From assembly GCA_009914755.4 (NCBI GenBank), contig CP068257.2:16768001-16832000 (forward strand): a stretch of 64,000 bases of DNA, written 5' to 3'. The stretch comes from the human T2T-CHM13v2.0 reference genome, Homo sapiens. Of this stretch, positions 59,651 through 64,000 are shown in pieces. Position 1 is the stretch's first letter; each line of letters opens with the position of its first letter. The notes beneath the pieces are model-generated. The model made no database searches, was not told the DNA's origin, and was given only the letters and a program-made list of their open reading frames with translations. Position numbers and translations under genes: made by a program.

Positions 59651-62600
59651 AGAACTTTTGAAAGTTCCACAAAAAGTTGAAGAGACCATATTTACATAAA
59701 AATTACAAAATTATAGGATATATAGTTGGTTATTTAAACTCTACAGATTTCTATATTCAAAAGGATTACAACTTTTGAGGTCTTATGTTTGTTTTTAGAT
59801 CCTTAGAGATTTGGAAGGCTTACAATGACTATTGACCATCCCTATTTCAACCCACTCATTTTTGGACAAGAAACAGAGAGGCTCCTTTTGTGATATCAGT
59901 GAATGATTTAACCTCAGTGCTATAGTTTTTCCTCTGTTCTCCCACTACAGCATCACACTGGCAAAATAGACAACTGCTTTATTTCAATTATGGTGACACA
60001 GCCAATTCAGGTTGGTATAATATTGATATACAATTGCAGGTTACTGAAGAAGATACTTCTCTTGTTTATTCATTATCTATAATGTCTTTCACTGGCTCAG
60101 CCTCCTTAGACCTCTCTGGAGACTAATTTCTGGTGCATAAACAGAAGAGAGAAATCCAGGAAAGCATTCAGTTTTTCAAACAAAAAAAAATCAACAAAAA
60201 GTTTTGCCTTTTTTTATTTGCTTCATCAATTATTTCTACAAACTTTTATTATATACATTTAGAAGTCTCATATTTGATTTACAAATTGAGAAATGAACCA
60301 CAGCTTCAAAAACATAATACAAGAAAAGCTTCAAAGGAGAATAATTGTTTTCTTTACCCACACCCAATGTTTCATTTATTTCATTTAGCAATAAACGAGT
60401 AATTGTACTTTGGGTATACACTTTGTCCCCTGCCTTTTAATTTACCCTCTATCATACCTCCAGGTGGTACCATATGTAATTCTACTTTGACGGTGCAAGC
60501 TGCACCCTGTTAGGTTTCAAAAATATGTTCTGGTAATAACTTTCAGTTTAGAAAAGCAAAACAAAATGTGGAGTACGCAGGCGTAGTCATAAGTTACGAC
60601 TTCCTCTGAATGAAAGAAATCATTCTGGTGCTAATAAAATTTGCATGTATATAAAGTAGAAAATCACATGCTTTAACATAAATACCGGAGGAAAAAGCAA
60701 TTGCAGCTGGCTGTTGAAAGCCTTGGCTCTTATGTCCACCCGGCTAATATATGCAGCCCTAACTACAGCTGCACTGCCAGCAGTTTTCCTTTATTTTTCA
60801 ATTACAGTTTGGAGGCAGGAAGAGGGCATGTATATTATAGAATTCTTTTGGATGTAAATAAATGTTTGTAATAAAAGAAGGAGATCACTTCCTTCTTAAG
60901 TGCTTGAATGCCTAAATTTAGGCTTTGGGCTTTACAAAGTTATGGTTTATAGTTCCTTATCTAAATTTAATTATGCAATCTGATGTGTTCCATTTTAGAA
61001 TTTTCCTGAGGTTCTGTTTATTGCCCTTGGCCTTCAGGCAACATTTTTTTGTCACAAAAGAATTACCTAAATTATTAATATGCTCTGTTTTTTAGGATAT
61101 AAAAATATTAAATTTTACATTTAGCTTTTGAAAATGATTGGGACAATTCTAGAAGCTTTGTAGTAAATCATCAGATAATTCCCCTCTGGTTTATATTGCC
61201 TTGCTCCTCATATAAGCTATTATTATAATATTCATTACAATTGTTCAAACTTTGATTTAAATCAGGAAGAAAGTATACAATACAAGAGCCACATATTATG
61301 ATAGATTTTAGTGGGGAGTTAATATAATTAAGGAGCAAAGTTATTTTGGGGATCCTCCTGTAAACTGATTTGTAATTTTGTGGGGAAGACAAACAAATAT
61401 GCAGTAAGTAATTCACCCTATTTCTGTTGGCCATAAAAATAACTGTCTCGTTATTGTAGCCTATCTCTGCAAATAGTCTTGTGTCTTTATTAAATAGTTT
61501 TGTACCTATATTAAAGTTAAAAATAGCTCTATCTTTTTCCATGTTTCCAATAAGTAAATGATTCTGAATTTTCTCAATTACCTTGAAAGCAGAAATAGTA
61601 ATAGAATCATTGTTAACCTTTGGTAAATTTCATAAATTGTCCTAAATATATTTTACATTGTTATTTATTTGGGTCTAAAACAAAGGAAAGATAGCCTAGT
61701 TTTTTTGGTAAATTTTCTGGTGAACAAATCTACTAGAGTCATGAATACTATAGAGTCAGGAATACTGGAGCAAGTCAGGATTACTTTGAGAATAGCCTTT
61801 GTTCTCTTTTAATGAAGGTGTTACTAAGGCCTTGACATCAAGAAATCTCTGTCATCTCTCTCCAACTTTTCTTTGGGCCTTCACATCTTCCTTAGTTAAC
61901 TTTTTCCTTGCATACTATTCCATTCCATGTACTTGACCCTCCTGTATTCCTTATCAATACAGAAAACAAAAAAAAAAGTATGCTTTTTAGGAGCCTCCCT
62001 GTCCTTGCAAACTGTCAAGAATATTGCACAAAGTGTCTATGAACTACAAATTTCTATACAATTATACTGTATACCTAGGTCTAGATGACACGAAGAACTC
62101 TTACCCCAACCGAAAATAAATGAATTATAAGCAAATGCTGAGTTATTTCTCCCTCTGATACTCTGGGTGATGGTTAAGTGTGTATAAAAGAAGCAGTATA
62201 TCTGAAAGTTTTAAAATTTATTTTTCAAAATTATGTTGTCAAGGTCTGCCCAGAGATTTCATGTATATCTCAGTTGAGTTGCACAGACTCTTTATTCTCC
62301 TTTGTTGTTTTCTTTCCTCTGTTGTTGCAATTATCAATAGATAAACTTCATTTTACTTTGCCATTAGAAAGAGAGGAAAGGAAATATGAAAAAATGGGAG
62401 ATAGAGAAGGCATATGATCTTATTCTGAATATTCCACATTTCAGAAAACAAGAGAGCCTCAAAATATAGTATAAAAAACTTTAAATTTATACAATGAAGG
62501 TTTTCCATGGAGATATTTTCCTCTTTGTGGAAAAAAGTATCCATAGAATGATTCTCTGGGGAACCGATTTTTGTATCTTTAAAAAGATTAGTCTAGAAAT

Positions 62601-64000
62601 AGAAAAATCACAAGATACGTAAAAATTAGGATAATTTTTTTTCAATACTTCTTACATCTCTATTACCCATGATAGTTGATATATGAAAGATGTCACTGAA
62701 ACACCATTTTATACTGTGAAACAAAACTCCAAAGTGAACTGTCAGAGATAGGACTCATTTTTTCTTGCCAAAGGCAGAAATTTGGGGTTTCAACAGAACT
62801 GTATTAAGGTTGCAAGATGTCTCTAAAAGGAAATTAAGCTGGTTTTGATAACAACAACAACAACAAAAACAAAAAGAATGTCCTATTTGCAGATTTGTAA
62901 TTTCATATCTATGATTTTTTCTATCAATAGTATGTATATATGTTGCTATAGTGTTACATGCATTATTGTTCCCCTACTTAGCCATCACTCTCTTGGTTAT
63001 CTTAGCTGTTGTGTTTAGTATATAGAACTTTTTACAGCCAAATACAAGTTAATGGTCTAAATCTGTAACTATTTATTGTTGTAATTCCTGGAGGGATTGC
63101 TGTCTTCTTAATCTTTCAGTTTTGAAAAAAAAAACAGCATAATATGGTGTTTTTCCTGGTTCCTAAAGCCTAAGTAATGTTTGCTCAAGCTGACAAACCT
63201 GCAGTGCAGAAATAAGGATACCTCAAAGAATAAGTATGTGGGATAGACACGGTGTCTTACACAATCCTATAAATAATCCATATTTTTGAAAACTTAATGA
63301 TAATTTTTATAGAAACTTTTGCAACCAGCCACTCAAATGGCAAAATCACTTGGAGTGTGAAAATTCTGCATGCCCATACCATAGGCAAAATCAATGCAAA
63401 AAGTTGTCTGCTCCTGTAGATCTTTGCTTCCTTTCTCTGCCAGTTAGAAACTAAGAAATGGTTTTATAGCTTGGCCACAGATGAGGGCAAAAAAAAAGGC
63501 AGGAGAATTCACCACAGCCAATAACATGAAGGGAATCAGCGAATCAGCACTCACTGTGGTTGGCCTGATGAGGTGAGGGTGAAGAGCAAGAGAGTGTGGA
63601 CATGCCTTTTTGTGTAACAGTTGGCTGAAGCAAACTGATTAAATGGAAAGTAAAAGGAAAATCATAGGGAGAGACAGAATAATCCATTTTTTTCTCAAGA
63701 TGAAATGGCTTCAGTCAGAAGTTGCTTTAGAAGAAGATCTCATTACGTAAATAACAAAATCAAGATGGAAAGTTTAGGTTATATAAACATTAAGAAATAA
63801 TTGTTGCATCAGAAAAACATACACCTTTAAGAAGGATTACCTGTGATTTTATTTTCATATCACTAAAAAGAATTTTTTTTTTGTTCTATGAGAAAAGAGG
63901 CTGGAGGTAGAAGTAATAAATAAGTCTCATAGTGTGCATGTCATACCTTAACCAAACTAGCCTGAAATTAAATAAACGTATGTTCTAAAAATGAACTTCT

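Overview
This window is primate, almost certainly human, genomic DNA; the young AluY and L1PA elements indicate a catarrhine. It is AT-rich and CpG-depleted. At least 40-45% is interspersed repeat. I can support no protein-coding host gene or RNA gene from the sequence alone. Nearly every ORF in the six-frame track of 60 aa or more is a translation of a repeat: L1 ORF1/ORF2 remnants, Alu, MaLR internal sequence, or (TTCC)n tracts. Repeats I can recognise:
- about 19 Alu elements, several AluY with intact target-site duplications (TSDs);
- several L1 elements of different ages, including two with classic 5' inversions, one internally deleted copy, and a 4.7-kb 5'-truncated L1PA;
- ERVL/MaLR LTRs: THE1/MST-type (one with internal region), MLT1 and MLT2;
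- MIR fragments, a MADE1 (Hsmar1-derived) MITE, and several microsatellites and minisatellites.
The most unusual structure is a recent inverted duplication: two ~0.5-kb arms at ~97% identity around a 2-kb spacer, whose edge coincides with the truncation point of a MaLR element. Other points worth a second look:
- two long polypyrimidine mirror repeats;
- an AluY with a perfect 16-bp TSD and a 31-nt pure poly(A), likely polymorphic;
- an intact 522-codon L1 ORF2 tail;
- a few CpG-retaining, exon-like or promoter-like unique segments that need database or conservation checks.
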